A stretch of 32,243 nt of DNA from Candidatus Omnitrophota bacterium (GTDB lineage Bacteria; Omnitrophota; Gorgyraeia; Gygaellales; JAHJCI01), in the NCBI GenBank assembly GCA_050122705.1, contig JASFIK010000001.1, positions 1 through 32,243 of the forward strand. The letters run 5' to 3'. How positions within the stretch are numbered: the first letter of the stretch is position 1; every line of letters starts with the position of its first letter. Under the pieces are notes generated by a model, which ran no database searches, was not told the DNA's origin, and was given only the letters and a program-made list of their open reading frames with translations. Position numbers and translations under genes: made by a program. Positions 30,080 to 32,243 of the stretch are shown here, piece by piece.

Positions 30080-30297
30080 GATCTTTTAGTTGGCTTATTA
30101 TCGGTCTAATAAACTTCTATCAGCAGTATATCAATAGATACCTGCCCTGTTCATGCCGATTCTACCCAAGTTGTTCAGAATACGCCAAGCAGGCGGTGTT
30201 AAAATATGGGTTAACCAGAGGCGCGCTTATTGCTTGGCAGAGGCTTTGTAAATGCCATCCCTTTTCTGACAAACAAGGATTTGATCCGATAAAATAA
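30070..30297 (+). CDS. yidD: membrane protein insertion efficiency factor YidD
   Basis: LINFYQQYINRYLPCSCRFYPSCSEYAKQAVLKYGLTRGALIAWQRLCKCHPFSDKQGFDP is a clear YidD. The track ORF (29833-30297) is a read-through artefact over rpmH in another frame. The start is assigned to TTG 30070, which is uncertain. Confidence 0.75.
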   Translation: MHLRSFSWLIIGLINFYQQYINRYLPCSCRFYPSCSEYAKQAVLKYGLTRGALIAWQRLCKCHPFSDKQGFDPIK

Positions 30298-30303
30298 ATT
30301 AAA

Positions 30304-31806
30304 ATGAACAAAAATCTGATCTTAGCAATAGCTTTATCCTTCTTAGTAATGATAAGCTGGTCTCGGATGACACAAAAGTTCTATCCTGTTGATAAACAAG
30401 GGGTTAACGATATCAATACTGAGCAGGTATCGCAACTTAAGCCATCTCCAATTGTGCTGCTGGAAGAGCAAGAGCAAAACTTGGTGAGCGCAATCTCAAA
30501 TAACCGAGAATTGGTTTTCAGCCTTCCTCAAGCCTGTCTTAAAGGTGTAATTTTCCCCCAGTTCAGCGATTATGATTTTAACTTAGAACAAGGATTATGT
30601 CTAGTTGACCCAGATTTAGTTTTTACTCAAGAGCGATTGGACTCTACTGAAGCAATCTTTGTTCATCAGGACAAGAGCAAAAGAATCACCAAGCAGTTTA
30701 ATTATTCAGACCCACATTTTACAATCACCCTGGATATTAAGATAGAGAATTTATCTGACCAGCCACTGACTTATCAACATAATTTGGCATTAGGGGCAAT
30801 TGATTTGAATTCTAAGGGGCTTGAGAGCAGGTTTAAAGAAATTTTTATTAAACAGCCAGATAGGATGCTTCGCTTAAGCCCAAGCCGCGCAACCAAGATT
30901 CATTACAGTGGAGATTTTTTCGGCTTTCGCGAACGTTATTTTTGTGCTATACTAATACCAATGTCATCTCCTGAGACATTAAGCGTTCAGCGAGTTAATC
31001 GTACACAAAGTCAGTTAATCTTGTCTCGCCCGACGGTAAATCTGCTCCCTGATCAGACGGAGCATTTACAATATAGAATGTATATTGGGCCTCAGCAAAA
31101 TAATTTATTAAATTTGTTTCATAATCAGGCTGGAGAGATTATTTATTATGGTGTTTTTGATCCAATTGCTAAATCTCTCTTACGTATCTTACGGTTTTTC
31201 TCTGGCCTGGTGCATAATTGGGGTTGGGCGATTATTGTGTTAAGCATTTTTATCTTTTTTATCTTATTCCCTTTATCCATGAAACAAATGCGCTCAGCCA
31301 GAGATATGCAGCGCTTGCAGCCTAAGATTGAAGAATTACGCAGGCTCTATAAAGATAATCAGCAGAGATTAAACAAAGAGGTATTAGAGCTATATCGTAA
31401 ACACAGAATTAATCCACTTGGTGGATGCTTGCCATTGATTTTACAAATTCCCATATTCTTTTCTTTATATCAGGCCTTAATCCGTTCCATTGAGCTGAAA
31501 GGAGCTAATTTTTTGTGGATAAATGACCTATCCCAACCAGATCGCCTAATTATTACCCCTGAAGTAAATATATTACCCATTTTAATGGCAATAACTATGT
31601 TTTTACAACAGAAATTTACTATGATGTCACCAGCTGGTCATTCTGGTGAACAGCAACGATTAATGACCTTCTTGTTTCCGATTTTATTTGGATTTATTTT
31701 CTATCGTATGCCATCAGGCCTGGTTTTATACTGGTTTGTTAATAGCCTATTAATGTTCATTTATCAAATGAGAATAAAATTAGCCCATGAACCAGCCAAG
31801 AATTGA
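30304..31806 (+). CDS. yidC: membrane protein insertase YidC
   Basis: It has an N-terminal TM, a large periplasmic domain, and the conserved core GWAIIVLSIFIFFILFPLS..NPLGGCLPLILQIPIFFSLYQAL..PSGLVLYWFVNSLL. Confidence 0.92.
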   Translation: MNKNLILAIALSFLVMISWSRMTQKFYPVDKQGVNDINTEQVSQLKPSPIVLLEEQEQNLVSAISNNRELVFSLPQACLKGVIFPQFSDYDFNLEQGLCLVDPDLVFTQERLDSTEAIFVHQDKSKRITKQFNYSDPHFTITLDIKIENLSDQPLTYQHNLALGAIDLNSKGLESRFKEIFIKQPDRMLRLSPSRATKIHYSGDFFGFRERYFCAILIPMSSPETLSVQRVNRTQSQLILSRPTVNLLPDQTEHLQYRMYIGPQQNNLLNLFHNQAGEIIYYGVFDPIAKSLLRILRFFSGLVHNWGWAIIVLSIFIFFILFPLSMKQMRSARDMQRLQPKIEELRRLYKDNQQRLNKEVLELYRKHRINPLGGCLPLILQIPIFFSLYQALIRSIELKGANFLWINDLSQPDRLIITPEVNILPILMAITMFLQQKFTMMSPAGHSGEQQRLMTFLFPILFGFIFYRMPSGLVLYWFVNSLLMFIYQMRIKLAHEPAKN

Positions 31807-31975
31807 AGTCGAAGGCAAAACAGTTGAGGCAGCTATTCAAATTGCCCTTAGTAAGCTTAATCTGCCCAGGAATCAGGTAGAAATTGAGATATTATTTGAA
31901 GGCGAAAAGGGTCTTTTTGGCATGCCAGGAGGTAGGCCTGCCAAGGTGCGGGTTAGTCCAAAAAAGACTAATTAA
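31787..31975 (+). CDS. Jag_N-domain-only protein (KhpB/Jag N-terminal domain, no KH or R3H domains)
   Basis: IEVEGKTVEAAIQIALSKLNLPRNQVEIEILFEGEKGLFGM fits the Jag N-terminal domain. The ORF stops after 62 aa, and only 55 nt remain before parA. Confidence 0.7.
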   Translation: MNQPRIEVEGKTVEAAIQIALSKLNLPRNQVEIEILFEGEKGLFGMPGGRPAKVRVSPKKTN

Positions 31976-31992
31976 TGTGTTAGATATGGCAT

Positions 31993-32008
31993 TGTTCCGC
32001 GTGTAACA
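31993..32008. promoter_or_regulatory. parS-like site TGTTCCGCGTGTAACA
   Basis: It matches 14 of 16 positions of the Bacillus-type parS TGTTCCACGTGAAACA. It lies 22 nt upstream of the parA ATG, and a TGTAAC half-site repeat follows at 32012-32017. Confidence 0.5.
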
Positions 32009-32030
32009 TTTTGTAACCATATATATCACA

Positions 32031-32243
32031 ATGAGTAAGATTATTGCTATCTGTAATCAAAAAGGAGGGACTGGTAAGACTACCTCAGCAATCAATATAT
32101 CCACTTATTTAGCCTTAGCAGGTAAAAGGGTTTTGTTGATTGATTTAGATCCACAAGCCAATACTACAAGTGGCTTAGGAATTAACAGATATGATATTAA
32201 AAAAAGCACTTATCATATTTTATTGGAAGAAGTTGCAATAGGA
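32031..32243 (+). CDS. parA: ParA/Soj chromosome-partitioning ATPase, N-terminal 71 codons (runs off right edge)
   Basis: [50 protein letters not shown] carries the deviant Walker A KGGxGKT. Confidence 0.9.
   Translation, partial: MSKIIAICNQKGGTGKTTSAINISTYLALAGKRVLLIDLDPQANTTSGLGINRYDIKKSTYHILLEEVAIG

Noticed and set aside
29833-30297. 154-aa track ORF upstream of yidC.
   Set aside because: Only the C-terminal 70 or so residues are YidD. The N-terminal part is an out-of-frame read across the rpmH promoter and the rpmH coding sequence. I replaced it with rpmH (29942-30079) plus yidD (about 30070-30297).
31514-31522. Perfect DnaA box TGTGGATAA inside yidC.
   Set aside because: It is a single isolated 9-mer within conserved coding sequence (FLWIND). 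Nothing indicates function, and chance occurrence is plausible.

Overview
AT-rich bacterial chromosome segment spanning the replication origin. It was read by eye from the sequence and the ORF track, and no database search or folding program was run. Gene orientation flips once. Every gene from base 1 to dnaA (29579) is on the minus strand except one outer-membrane barrel gene. From rpmH (29942) onward every gene is on the plus strand. The switch lies in the dnaA/rpmH spacer, which carries DnaA boxes and two divergent extended -10 promoters. Left arm, in transcription order: dnaA, dnaN, DUF721 (DciA-type), gyrB, gyrA, tRNA-Glu, glmS, rsmI. Next comes the lone plus-strand barrel gene. A pyrR-pyrB-pyrC operon follows, with a structured PyrR-type leader. 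It continues through overlapping or abutting codons into a Mut7-C PIN-like nuclease, an EndoQ-family endonuclease, a 94-aa orphan and a flavodoxin. Then come tRNA-Arg, a LOG/TIGR00725-like gene, yjbQ, mutM and pyrK, followed by a small membrane protein and a GT2 glycosyltransferase. The last block is a tightly packed array: rmuC, an AddA-like helicase-nuclease, yjbQ, a nitroreductase, yjbQ, a Zn-ribbon protein, an acyl-CoA ligase and an AddB-like partial gene. Right arm: rpmH, yidD, yidC, a Jag_N-only mini-protein, a parS-like site and a partial parA. I found no CRISPR array, transposase, integrase or rRNA. The most unusual points are: (1) base-damage nucleases are wired into PyrR-controlled pyrimidine genes; (2) the composite pyrR leader has a 9-codon ORF placed between a PyrR-loop-like hairpin and a terminator; (3) three YjbQ paralogues sit beside DNA-repair genes; (4) rnpA is missing from the rpmH-yidD junction and Jag is truncated; (5) tRNA genes are wedged into mRNA operons, and one has a 13-nt anti-T-arm in its trailer.
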